A stretch of DNA of 64,000 nucleotides, from NCBI GenBank assembly GCA_964234715.1, contig OZ174277.1; one strand, given 5' to 3'. The notes beneath the pieces are model-generated. The model saw only the letters and a list, made by a program, of their open reading frames with translations. It searched no databases and was not told the origin of the DNA. Shown one piece after another: positions 13,241 through 25,597 of the stretch (the stretch's first letter is position 1; the number at the start of each line of letters is the position of its first letter). Position numbers and translations under genes: made by a program. The stretch is from Podarcis melisellensis (lineage: Eukaryota).

Positions 13241-14399
13241 CAATTACATCTTTGTAGTTCAGACATGTCTGCACTGGCACCCCAAGAACAGTTAAGATCA
13301 CTTTTACTTGAATGAAACGTACAACATGTATAATATTGTAACATAATTTAACTATACAGTGAATTCTTAATGAGTGCCTGGCTTTAAGTCCAGCACAGCA
13401 GGAGACACGCCTAAGCCTCTTTTGCAAAGTTCACATTTTGAATTTTGCCATTTAGGGAGGGGATGCTTTAAAATTCACCCACACTTATTGTGTAGAAGTA
13501 TTTGCAGAAAATAACTTCTAGGCAGTATCTGAGCTCAGGAGAACCCACCACAAGAAAGATGCATCCTGGTCACTAGGAAAAAAGGAAGGATAAACTTCGA
13601 AGACTCCAGGGACTACTAGCAAATAAGACAAGCAGGAAAAGTGCACTAAATGGAAAGGAGAAACAGAAGGCTTTTCCAGCTGGATAAATGGGTCTTTATA
13701 ACAAGTTTTAGGTTTGTTTTAAATTGATTTGTTTTTGTGTTTTTAACCATTTTAAATTATTTATATGTAAATCACCTTGAGACAGTGGTTTAGAAGGTGA
13801 TTAATAAATTAACTGTAATACCAATACTAATATTGTCTGGTGTCCATACAACACACTCAACAATCACAGCTCTGACTTCACTCGCTGGCTAAAAAGCACT
13901 GACAGAGGCAGCCAGGCTAGCTCATTTCACAGAAATTGCTTAGAAGGGTACCTGTATATCTTTGCTTCATAACTTTCTTTCCAGGAGGGTTAGAGATTTA
14001 CTTTTTTATTAAAAATAAAAAGGAAAGTTCAGAGTCTTGGTCCTTTGTCCAAGGGCACCAATGAAGGGCTTTGTGGACACCATTGCACACATTTGTGCAC
14101 ATTTGTGGGCACTACTGCACATTTGTGACTTGTATTCTATTATCTACTAATGCCACTTCTTTTACTGTTGCTTGCAAAATAGATGAAGGATGTAATCTGG
14201 ATCTTATTGTACTCAATATTCCATATTGATAGTATCTCAGGTAACAATCTATAATTATATTAATATAGAATTAATCTCTGCCGATATGTTAGTGAAAGAA
14301 GCTGAAAAGTAAAAGCTATGGTAAAATATTCAGGGTGATGAATGCATATAACCTAATCAACTGGATGTTAAAACACTTTATTCTTATGAGATGACTTAC

Positions 14400-14483
14400 T
14401 TATATAAGAGGTGCGAAGTTTTTTCACAGACTCTGAATATAAGTTAGAGAGGCCACACATGCAAGAAGCCACAGCCAGCATGC
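14400..14483 (-). CDS. STXBP5: Putative alternative cassette exon 18a (84 nt): GMLAVASCMCGLSNLYSESVKKLRTSYI
   Basis: Pyrimidine tract GTTTTTGTCTTTCCTTTCTCATTGCTTCAATAAG, consensus GTAAGT donor, phase 1-1, no stop codons; resembles the STXBP5L segment FCMRGLSNFYPDLTKRIRTSYQ (recalled). Confidence 0.8.
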
Positions 14484-16649
14484 CTTATTGAAGCAATGAG
14501 AAAGGAAAGACAAAAACACCAACACAGTATATTTGGAGAAAGAAAAAAAATCTGCAGAAAAACTTTAAGATCCAAGAAAACAATGTATTTGTGGGAAATT
14601 GTTAGACAGCAACTGAAATACAACAAATCATGCATGTGCCAGAATTCACACAGTATAATATAATTTACTTGTTGTCTTACATAATATTTATAAAATTTCC
14701 CATTAATACTACTAACAATTTAACGACAAAACAAACCTATCCCTACTCAGCTGTTTAACTGTTTCATTTAAGAGAATATATTACTAATATTATAAAATAG
14801 CCAGACTTATTTGTACTTATTCTTTTAATAAAACTACAATTATTTAACCATCTTTAATATGGAACTACCAGGAAAGGTAGGTAGGAAGAGCCAGAATTGC
14901 TGCTTATTCAACAGCCATAAATAGTTTTACAACGAAATGGTAATTCATGGAATATTGCAGTTTATATCTGAAACATTTGCAGTGTTCCATGTGGCTATTG
15001 TAGTAATTCATAATTGCATATAAGTACACAAAAAGTTCCATTGGTTACTACCAGAAGAACAGATCTTCAGTGCCTGATGAATGTTATTGGTTGAATATTG
15101 GTTCCATATCTGATGGTCAAAGGCAGGAACAGAACTTGTGAGAAGTAGGCAGTTCTGACATCCAGACAGCAAAGAGGGTGCCATGGATATACTGCCGTGA
15201 TCAGGATCTCCAACGGCCACAGACGTCAAGGCTAGAAGGAAGCTAAAAGGACCACTGTGGCTTTTCTTCCCTGATTTTATGAAGGACCCAGGTAAGAACA
15301 GAAATCAAGGAATGGTGTACAATAAGCCCAGGCCCAAGGAGACAGCAGTTTACTGAACCTCTACTAATAGGCTCTAAACTATAGTATTAATTAACTATGA
15401 AACATATTTTTATACTACAAGGAGGCAGAGTCTCTCTCTGCCTTCAGGATCTTTTTTAAAAGTAGAAGGAAATGGTATGGACTTTGTAAAGGAATTTGGT
15501 TCAACAAGAACAGATGCCCCCTTAAATGGTGCTGAGGTAGGTTCTGCAGGAGGGCAATGAAGTCTAAGGCCATTGCAGAGCAAAGGCACATAGTGGGAGT
15601 CATGAGAGATAAAACCCATCAGGCCGAGGCAATGGTGAAGGCAAATGTTGTTAAGGGTCTAGAATGTCCACAGATATAATAAATGGATTCATCCCTTTCC
15701 ATGGATAAGGGCTGCTTATGAGATGCTTAGTGCTTGTTTATGAGGCAAATGCCGAGCAAAGGTCTTACATTTAGAGGAAGAAGGAAAAGCTGCCTTAGCA
15801 GGCACTTTAAGTTTATTCAAAGGCTGAGTTTGGGCAGGAGGCGTGGCTATTGCCACCAGAGAGCACACTGACTGCCATCCCTACTCTTCAGAAAGCCAGA
15901 ATGCTGGGGCATGGATACATAGCACACACCAAACCAGAAGGTGCAGTGGTCCAAAACAGCTAAGAAGAATCGCCGAGGTTCAAATACCAACAAACCTGCC
16001 TCCATCCTCCACTGAAGCAGTTACTGGTGAAATCAGGAGAGAGAAAAAAGGCAAGAAGGCAAGGCAAGGGGGTTCTATTTATGGGAGAGATGCAGGCAGC
16101 AAAGAATGTAGAAAACAGCCAAGAAAGATGGGCTCAGGTGACAAGAGACAGGCTGAGAGAAGAAAGTGCTGGAGCAGTCATGAGGAGGAGAGAAGGTTAG
16201 GAGTGACAACCATACTGCCCTGGTATACTGAAGGGAGAGTGGGATGGCTTAGAAACAGTTAAGAGGAAGGCAAACACTGGAACAAAGAAGAAAAAGTGGA
16301 ATTTAGAAAACCTGAGAAGAGAAAGAACAGGAGCTCAAAAGCAATGTGACTACTTTGATGAAGGCAAGAATCAACTAGGAGCTGCCTACTTCCCACAAAT
16401 TCTGTCCCCACCTTCAACCACCAGGTGGAGCCAATACTCAACCAACGACCTTCACAGGAAGTGTGCCACATTAAACATGGCATTTGAAGCAGAGACATAT
16501 ATCCCCAAACACTTGGGGGAAGAAGCATGTTCTCACTACACTTTTACTTCTTTCACATTCTTCCTCCTGTGGAAGAATGGTGTACTGTGGTTACTGCATA
16601 CTATAAGGTCCCAGGGCTGGTTACACTAAAAGGTCCCAAGGTAATAGAA

Positions 16650-17790
16650 AATAAAGCATCCAAAAAAGATTAAAACAAACTATGCTCACAACAGGTGTCT
16701 TTAAGCATATGACAAAAAGCTGTATAATGAAGGTGACAGTGATATATTTCTGTGGGGAGGGTATTCCACACAGAGAATGCTCTCATCTCAGGTCACATCC
16801 CAATATCTCTAAGGACAGTGGAACTACCAACCTCGCTGATTTTAACACCCAAGAAGGCCTGTAGGAAAGGAGGTGGTCTTTCAGATATTTGGGAACTAAG
16901 TGAGCACCATGAACTGAGCCCTGAAACAAACCAGCAACCAGTGCAGCTCTTTTAGAACAGGGCTTATGTGAGTTCTAAAGGGAGCCCCAGGCAGTAGTCT
17001 GGCTGCTGGAGGTTACCAGAGCATGGAGTACTGTGGCCAAGTTGTCTCTGTGCAAATTAGACTGTAACGGGTGAAGCATCCAGAGCTGGAAAAAGGCATG
17101 CCTAGTTACCAAGGCCAACTGAGCCTCCAATGACAAGGCTGAATTCAGTAGCATCCCCAAGCTATGGACATGCTACTTCCAGGGAAGTACAACCCCAACC
17201 ATGACAGGTCCCCACACCCCAGAATCAAGAACCTGGGACACATAATACTGCTTTCTTTTCAGGATTCTGATTCAGTTTATTGGCTCACACACAGCCCATC
17301 ACCACCTCCAAGCATCAGTCTAACATCTTGACTACCTCTCCCAATTCATATGCAACAGAGAAACAGAACTGGGTATCATCTGCATATTGGTGACACCAAA
17401 TTTCCTGATGGCAGTTCCCAGTGGCTTCATATAGATGTTCCAGCGACAAAATAGAATACTGCAGTACACCACAGGACAACTCTCATGGCACATAACAGTA
17501 GCCTCCCATAACTACTTTCTGGAAACAGCCCTGGATAAAGGATTGGAACTACTGAAGTACAGTGCCCCCAACCCCCACCTCCCTGAGATGATCCAGAAGG
17601 ACAGTGGGAGGTCAAGGAGAATGAGCTGGCTTGCACTCTTCTCACCTCTCTCCTGACAAATCTCATCAACCAGGATGTCCAAGGAGGCTTCAGTATCATA
17701 ACTGGGCCTGAAGCAGGACTAAAATGGATCTAAGCAAAGAGTTTTTTCCAAGCATGTCTAAAGCTGTACTGCCACAACCCTCTCAAGCGT
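16650..17790 (-). mobile_element. Degenerate L2/CR1-clade LINE fragment (reverse transcriptase region)
   Basis: Minus strand encodes CHQYADDTQFCFS (YADD motif) near 17365-17397; similar to 12345-13240. Confidence 0.8.
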
Positions 17791-18417
17791 TGTCCAAAAA
17801 TTAGTTATTTTGTACTGGGCAATAGTGATTTAACATTTCTGGGACAAAAAATGTCTTCCTAAGAAGGAGCCACACCACCATGTCCTTCCAGGCAGGTGGT
17901 CAGTCCCTCTCCTCAAGTGAAGCATTAATCACTCATTGCAAACCCAGCTAACCATCTACGGCTAGCTCTCAGAAGCCGAGGTGGGCAAGCATCAAAGGGC
18001 AGCAGGTTGGCTGCACTTCTTCAAACAGCTTGTCCACATCTTCAGGTATGAAGCAACTCTAAAATTTTCTGTTCATATGCACTTCCTCCTCTGAGAATTT
18101 TAGGCTTGTGGTTTGCTGAATTTATGTGATTGCTTCCATGTGCCAATACACACCTTAACAGATCAAATACGGCATGCTGAAATAATTGTGTCAAAAAATG
18201 AAGGGGTTAAGTGCTGAGTGGTTCTGTGAAGCAGTTAGTTCAGAATAAATTAACAGGGCATTTATGATAACAGGGTGTGATAGCAGAAAGGAAGACGAAA
18301 AGTAAATCTCAAACAGGGAAAGGCAAGACAATGGAAGATGGTTGATGTGAACACATAAACCTTGGTAAAGAATAACACTTTTTGTATAAAAAAGTAATGA
18401 AGTAGAATAATATATCT

Positions 18418-18891
18418 TTGAAGGTGACTCAGAAAGTACAACTAATACAGAATGTGGCAGCTAGACTGGCGACTGGGAGTGGCCGCTGGAACCATGTAAC
18501 ACTGGTCCTAAAGGATCTTCACTGGCTCCCAGTACATTTCCAAGCACAGTTCAAAGTACTGGCACTGGCCTTTAAAGCCTTAAGCAGCCTCAGCCCCGTA
18601 TACCTGAAAGAGCATCTCCATCCCCATCACTCAGCCCAGTCACAGAGGTCCTCCTCAGAGGGTCTTCTGGCAGCTCCTTCACTGTGAGAAGTAAAGTTAC
18701 AGGGAACCAGGCAGAGGGCCTTCTAGGCAGTGGCACCCTCCCTGTGGAATGTGGCCCCCCCATGTCAAGGAAATAAACAACTACACAACTTTTAGAAGGC
18801 AGCCCTGTATTGGGAAATGTTTAATGTTTGACATTTTATTATGATTTTATATGTTCTGTAAGCTGCCCACAGTGGCTGGGGGAAATGGGGT
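18418..18891 (+). mobile_element. L2 LINE 3' end, 5'-truncated
   Basis: ORF 18418..18687 contains KVQLIQNVAARL...LKDLHWLPVHFQAQFKVL, a typical L2 ORF2 C-terminus; ends ctgcccacagtggctgggg followed by a microsatellite tail. Confidence 0.85.
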
Positions 18892-18931
18892 GAAGAAGAA
18901 GAAGAAGAAGAAGAAGAAGAAGAAGAAGAAG

Positions 18932-18960
<29 letters not shown>
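18892..18960. repeat. (GAA)23 microsatellite
   Basis: 69 nt of uninterrupted GAA. Confidence 0.97.
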
Positions 18961-18963
<3 letters not shown>

Positions 18964-19218
18964 GTAGTATGCTTATTATATATGCTAAATTTGGCAGTCT
19001 GGAATACTCTTAAAATGAAGACTGTTTGCCTACCATAATCAGATGATGTTTTCTAAAAAGAAGCCCCTACAGAATATTCTCAACATATAAACCTTTTGGT
19101 TTGTGCAAGTTACTTTCAAAGAAAAAGCTAATCGCATGCACTCCTAATCAGCTTGCGGTCCGGTAAGTAGAAGACCAATACAAAAATTTATCAGCAAGTA
19201 TCAAGTGTATGACCTTAC

Positions 19219-19370
19219 CTCCAGATGGTTGTCTGCTTTTACGTGGAGATCGGGGTTCCCTCCTATAAGGATCATTAGAACCATACAATTCAACGGTGCC
19301 AAGGTTTAAAAGTGTGGTCTTTTGGATGTAATCAACCATTGCGATCCCATTACAATTGCCAAAAACTACT
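19219..19370 (-). CDS. STXBP5: STXBP5 exon 18 (152 nt): VVFGNCNGIAMVDYIQKTTLLNLGTVELYGSNDPYRREPRSPRKSRQPSG
   Basis: CTTTCAG acceptor, GTAAGG donor, phase 2-1. Confidence 0.96.
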
Positions 19371-20287
19371 CTGAAAGAAAATTTATTAGAAAGAATATGA
19401 TGGCAATGAATGATTGATATCCAAATATATGCTTATGTTAAGTACAACATTTTACTTTCCATTTTTAGGAATTAGTTGAACTGATTATTTTTCAAAATCT
19501 ATAATATATTCTTATATAACATTTAGAAATGAAAATTTGCATGAAAAACTATTCAAAGAACAATTTATTTTAGTAGTAGTTGTTGAGAATAAAACCAATA
19601 GACTATTGCCTTACTAAATAGCAAACCTCCACCTGACATAGAATGATTACTGTCCACTGCTTACTCAAGGGTAACTGTTTTGTTGCAGTGCGGGAAGAAG
19701 CTAATAGCTGCCTTGTTAGTTTGTCCTTGACATGCATTTGTGTTTGGCATGGTTTTACATTAATATTTATTTCTTATAAAACAGGTTTAAGTAAATAGGC
19801 AGTAAGAACAATACATAATAAGATGCAACTCTAAACAACAAGCAAGATAAAAACAACAGAATGAGCTGGAAACACCAACAGGAGACTTTTGATTCTGAAC
19901 TGTTGCGATTAACCAAAAAAGCATTTTCACATCTATATAATAGGAGCTGAGACAATCCACCATCTGGCTGCAGAAGAATACCAAAATATAATCTTCCCCA
20001 TTCCTGGCTGCTACACTTGAGATTTGCCTCATCACCACTGATGACTCTGTACTTCTACTTTTTACAAAACGTCTTACACCTCCATGCCTCACCCAGAGGT
20101 TTCATATGCTGGTCTGATTGTCTTAGCCACATCATCTAACTGTCTGCTATACAATTACCCAAATGAATACCCCACTGTACATCCAACGTTCAATTACTTC
20201 ATTCTCACCATCTTGTTTTAATGTCCGACAATTGACTAATTTACTTGTTACAGCAGCACATTATTGCATTCTCCCATATTCTTTCTG

Positions 20288-20343
20288 AATGTCCACCTAG
20301 CCTAGATACAACCAAAATGTCCACCTAGCCTAGATATAAACAA
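20288..20343. repeat. 28-bp tandem duplication (aatgtccacctagcctagata...)
   Basis: Two adjacent copies with 2 mismatches. Confidence 0.9.
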
Positions 20344-20748
20344 AAAAAAGCCTCTTCACAAAACGGCTGGTAGTCTAAAAATATACAAGACATTCAAGAA
20401 ATCAGAGATGGCACAGAAGATTGTGTTCTACGCTGAGAACCATTTGTCAACTTTTCTGAAAGTGCTGTGTACACATCTAACAGCAGAAGCTATCTTCCCC
20501 ATGTAATATACGAAGATGGTACAACATTATTGTAATGAAAGGGAACCTTGGACAAAGACTGAAATGTGTTTGCGGCTGAATACCACAATAAATGAGAAGG
20601 CCCTTTAAGTACCTTTTTACTGAAAACATGGAAACAAGTAGCATATCAAAACAACATGAATCCAGTAGTTTAGCAGTAACGTCATATTCTTTCTGCAACA
20701 GGACAATGGGATTTAAGGAAGAGAAAGCACAGCACCAAATATACTTAC

Positions 20749-20874
20749 AAGCCATAGGCAGAGTTGATTGCAAGGCTTGTTATTTGCTGAGGTGGTTCTC
20801 CACTCACCCATACTAACTGGATAACCAGCTCAACCTGGTAGCCTGGAGACTGCTTGAGGGAAGAGTTTTTAACT
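20749..20874 (-). CDS. STXBP5: STXBP5 exon 17 (126 nt): VKNSSLKQSPGYQVELVIQLVWVSGEPPQQITSLAINSAYGL
   Basis: TTGCAG acceptor, GTAAGT donor, phase 2-2. Confidence 0.96.
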
Positions 20875-22071
20875 CTGCAATATACAGGAAAGGTAGACAA
20901 CATTTATCCTTGTGGAAGTCTGCCAATAAATTTTACTAGAGTGGGAATATTTCATGACTGATTGTATTTCTTACTGCAAGTTAGTACAGCTTCAAATGCT
21001 TACTCTGGAACAGATTCATATGATATGGGGGAGACTTTTTAATGTAAGTGGCCGTGTTCTGATAGTGAGAAAGATCACATGCAAGCACTGGAGAGCACAT
21101 TTTCCCACCCCGCCACCCTGGTCCCGGGTGTACATAAATTGCTTAATCAGTCACATTTTAACATATTTTCCGATCCTGGCATGTAAATGATGGTTTGCAC
21201 ACAGCAGAGCTTGCTTAGTTAAGATGAAATGGCAAACTATAATTTGCTGAAGTGGTTGCAAAATTAAGCATTATATCATAAGGACTCACAATACTTATTA
21301 TACATTTATTTATTTTTCTTTAATTTAAAGCATTTATAAAGCATTTATGGAAACAGAAATTCAGTAATAACAGAGACCAATCTTATGCGTCAGGGACAGC
21401 CAGGACAAAATGGTATGTCTAAGTGTCTAAAGCAACTGATAGATGATGCTTCACACATGGCAGAGGAAAGAGCATTTCACAGTGCAATTAGTTCCGCTCT
21501 CTGCCAAGTCTCAATAAAGTAGAATTTGGTGGCGTGTCATGACTGGTGACCTAGACTTGAGAGTTGTTAACTTACCTAAATTAATCTCTTGAGTCCATGG
21601 CTCAACTGAAATTTGAACCAGGAATCTGCAGGCTCATAACTTATTCTCTATCTCAAATATGAAGGAATAGGAAACAGTACAGGAAAGTGAGATAAGGCAG
21701 GAGATTCTAAGTTAGATGTGTAGTTGGGGGCATTTGGCATCCGGTTCTCTCTGGAGGACTGAGAATGGGCATGCTGTTTTTTAAGAAAAGCTGCAGTTGC
21801 TATATATCAAACTTTGGCAAATACAGCTATTGAAACACATAGGTAGTTTCATAGGCTCCTGTAAGCAATATATAATTACTTTGTACATTGATACAAGCTC
21901 AATACATGTGTCTTCTATTTGCGCACCTTTGTAAAGCATACACTAGGAGGAGGTATGAGTAACCATATCCCAAAGCAGCACATGTCAAAAGCCAAAAGTT
22001 TTTTCTACAATAAGATTAAGCAGTCTATGAAGGTAAGATACAGTATTTAGAAATACTAGCCTTACACTTAC

Positions 22072-22250
22072 TTTAAACATGGGACGTTATCCCGAAGCCC
22101 ATCAGATGAGCTGCTGCTAGTGGATGGATGAGACTGGGGAGCAATGGACTGAGGGTTGGAACCTGTGCCTGGAGTAGGCAGTGGTGGCACTTGCTCAGAA
22201 TCTGGAGACTCTATATAATTTATTTCATACAATAGCCGTACTTCAAGCAT
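22072..22250 (-). CDS. STXBP5: STXBP5 exon 16 (179 nt): MLEVRLLYEINYIESPDSEQVPPLPTPGTGSNPQSIAPQSHPSTSSSSSDGLRDNVPCLK
   Basis: TTTGCAG acceptor, GTAAGT donor, phase 0-2. Confidence 0.96.
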
Positions 22251-22559
22251 CTGCAAATGACAATGGAGAAGACGTGACACAGTCCGAGAGTTCTTTGCAC
22301 TGCAAATTTTGCAGTTGCCAATTCACTACTTTGGTCTCAACAACTTCCATAAAGTTAAATCCAAAATTCTTATTAAAGACAAGTGGATGGCCTCAACCAC
22401 AGTATCAAGCTGCAATGTATCAATCAAATACCAGACAATAAGGTACCAAGATTTGTTTGACACTATCCTGAGAGATGCTGGGAGCTGCAGGTAAATAACA
22501 TTTAGAACGGCACGGATTTGCCATTCCTGTTTTAGAGAAACACTTGCAGCTGATTCTGT

Positions 22560-22790
22560 GGGCTGTGACTACCTCCTCAGAACTGAGCAGTAACACAGGA
22601 TCAAGAAATACTTCTGAGTGGTGCACCTTCTCATTTAAAGGCAATGTAACCACATCTAGGAGAGGAAATAGCAGCATCTTTATAGACCTAGATTGTCCTG
22701 TCATCATGGTCCTGTCATCATTCCTATCAGGAATAAGCTTCAATTTGTTAGTGCTCATCCAGTCCATAACTACATATGTTCAGGCATTAA
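22560..22790 (-). mobile_element. Degenerate L2-like LINE fragment
   Basis: Minus ORF fragments MDWMSTNKLKLIPD and LDVVTLPLNEKVHHSEVFLDP resemble the WM..NKLKLNP.K and LPLKE.V..LGV.LD motifs. Confidence 0.65.
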
Positions 22791-22958
22791 TTAAATGCAC
22801 AAACAATTGTTTCTTGGTTTGATGGAAACAAATAAAGCTGGGCGACATTGTGTATATTCAGAAGAACTGCTGAACATTCTCCCTCTATAGCTGAAGAGCA
22901 CTGTGGACATCCATCTCAAGTGATCCAGAAAATTTGATCAAATACCATGATACTATAT

Positions 22959-23094
22959 TAGGCATAGGCACACTTGGCCCTCCAGATGTTTTGGGACTAC
23001 AACTCCCATCATCCCTAGCTAACAGGACCAGTGGTCAGGGATGATGGGAATTGCAGTCTCAAAACATCTGGAGGACCGAGTTTGCCTATGCCTG
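22959..23094. mobile_element. Palindromic hAT-type MITE
   Basis: TIRs taggcataggca / tgcctatgcctg, internally palindromic, imperfect 8-bp TSD tactatat/aactatac. Related partial copies near 25820-25915, 35400-35540 and 48700-48770. Confidence 0.8.
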
Positions 23095-23693
23095 AACTAT
23101 ACTGGCAATACAGATAATGAACAAGTTATACCCTCCCTGTTCAAATCTAGATGAAGACAACCAAAGCATTATGGTGTTCTCAAACCCTCCCAAATATTTA
23201 CTGATATGGGTCAACAGTCTGCCTCATCCATCAATTTTTTTATTTGATTATGAACAACTTATGAAACCCTCCAACCACTGTCTATGATTTAATGGGTGAA
23301 AAAATTGAACCAACCTGTATAAAAATATTAGCTGCACTCTCTTCATAAGGCCAGGTATAAAGTACATGTGACCAAGGAGTTACTATGAGATTTTACCTTT
23401 AAGCAAGCATCTAATGCAAGATTAAATTGTTCAATCTAATTTCAATTTATCATTTTCAAAATAAAATGGATTTCAGCTAAATTTTAATTGTATTTGTAAT
23501 GAGTAAGCCTAATGTTTTCAGCACATCCTATTCCCAAGAATGTCCTATTCCCAAGAAAGTGACATAACCACTGAGCATGGAACAAACTAGTCAAAAAAAT
23601 GTTCAAGCTAGTTTATACTAGTTTATATATTGGCTAAATATAGGGATTAACTAATATATAAATGCATGTCCAATATAGATAACTGTCAATTAC

Positions 23694-23914
23694 CGGAATC
23701 ACATCTGTTGTAATTTCTTGTTTGCTGAATCTGTAAACAATGACATGTGCAGAAACTCCTGCAATGCACAGCATCCTGCTTTCTGCACACCACGAGATGA
23801 TCTGAATGGCATATGGGTCTTCATCTACTATATCTGTGCTTGGTCTGTCGTCCTTATTTTTTGATTTTTCAAAGACTTTAGCTGTTTTTAGTTTGTACAG
23901 CACTTGCAATGTTA
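23694..23914 (-). CDS. STXBP5: STXBP5 exon 15 (221 nt): ITLQVLYKLKTAKVFEKSKNKDDRPSTDIVDEDPYAIQIISWCAESRMLCIAGVSAHVIVYRFSKQEITTDVIP
   Basis: TTCCTAG acceptor, GTAATT donor, phase 1-0; overlaps ORF 23634..23909. Confidence 0.97.
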
Positions 23915-24914
23915 CTAGGAATAAAATAAAAAATAAAGATAGTTAAATGTACAAACCAACGTAATTTTATAAACAAAAATATTGTTCAAATAAGGCCATT
24001 CTGAAACAATGGTAATACAGTGCTCACATTTCCATTCACGCTGATTGAAAGTTCCTCTGCGGGTGATGTGTGCATGTTTGCTAGTGAGATAGATATCAAT
24101 TTGCATTCCGCACACATGTGGTTCCAAAATATAACACTTTTCAGGATGTTGAGGAACTTCAGTGGGAAGACAAGGGTGAGGAGGGGCCTGATAATTTATA
24201 TGCAAATCATTGCATGCAGTCCTTTGGATCCTGGGCATTGTGTATTATGGCCAGAATCCAAAGGGCACAGAAGCAGAAAGGCTTGGCAGCCTTCCCTTAT
24301 GCAGAGAAGGATTGTGCCCTCAATTATGAAATGGCATTAAGACAAAATATATAATCAAAAATAGTGTTACAGCACCTTCTATGCTCCAGGATTTCAATTT
24401 GTGTTTCAAGGAGGTGATACGGGTTGCTTATGAGATATCAATTAACTATCATGTATGATTTGAAACCTCATCTCCTCCATCACCTTTCTCACTTCCTGTC
24501 TTTCATATCAAACTTTTGGCTCAGAGGTTAATTACACTCAAGTCCTATTTCAGCTGAGCAGACAATTTAGTCACAGAGGCAGGGCAGAGGGATTGTGGTG
24601 TTAAGGGCACACTAGCAGAGCCCATACGGTTCTCCTGCTGGTGTGCCTTTACAGCTTGAACCTCACAGCCACCCTGCCTCATCCCCTACAGCAATCTGGT
24701 AAGAAGCAGTGCCACCTCTTATGGGAGAGGCAGTTCTGCAGATGCTGGCTGTTCCTGGTCACAACTAATTTAGGACCATTCATTCCAGTGGGAATTAAGT
24801 ACAGCAGATTTGAGCAAACAAGGCAAGTAAACCCCAAAAGATGTCATCTATAAGGCAACAGTTTCGCAGCAGCACTTTTTAAACAATTCTTCCATAACTT
24901 AGCAAAACACTCAC

Positions 24915-24955
24915 TTGCAGAGGCATCCCAAAACTTGATCGATCCATCTGCATGC
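24915..24955 (-). CDS. STXBP5: STXBP5 exon 14 (41 nt): HADGSIKFWDASA
   Basis: TTGATAG acceptor, GTGAGT donor, phase 2-1. Confidence 0.96.
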
Positions 24956-25509
24956 CTATCAAAACAAGAATTTTTAAAAGCAAAATCTCTTTAGAAAAGG
25001 AATAGCAAGGCCGATGAGATTTAGTTAGTGATGTTAAATTGATATAACAAACCCATATGCTCCTATTTTCTTCTTAGTATTAGCCTATCATAGGTGAGCT
25101 GCATGTTGAGGGAAGGCTTGCTGAAGGAAGTCCTAGGAAGATACAATGCATCTATGTGTACTCTGAATGAGGAGACATTTAATACTTCCAAGAAGATCTC
25201 ATTGGTGCTGCCTAAGTCATACAGTATCAAGCATAATGGGCATGATACTCTATAATCATGTTGCTAAATGTAGAGTTTTACATTTCCCAACAGAAGTAAA
25301 TAACAGACATTCACTTATATGGAAGAGGTAAAGAGTTGTACTTGAAGACACCACCAAGACTGGTGCTAAACTCAACCTCTTGTCATGGTGACTTTATAAT
25401 TTGGGATGAATAATGGATTTTGCCCTCTCTTAACAGAGTGAGAGGGGGCATCAGATTGTAGGTTTTTTATTTTGCTCTATAGAACCAAATGATTTCCAGT
25501 GCAACTAAG

Positions 25510-25597
25510 GCTGTAATCCTAAGAACATTTACTAGTGAGTAGCTTCAATGAACTCAGCAGGACCTACTTTTCCATAAATGTGAATAGGACTGTGCTG
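25510..25597. mobile_element. Short palindromic squamate repeat (MITE-like)
   Basis: gctgtaatccta...taggactgtgc ends; related decayed copies near 32765-32855, 56095-56160 and 60100-60195. Confidence 0.55.

Noticed and set aside
15000-16530. Purine-rich region with several 60-140 aa ORFs
   Set aside because: No recognisable motifs; possibly an old retroelement remnant, but I cannot support a call
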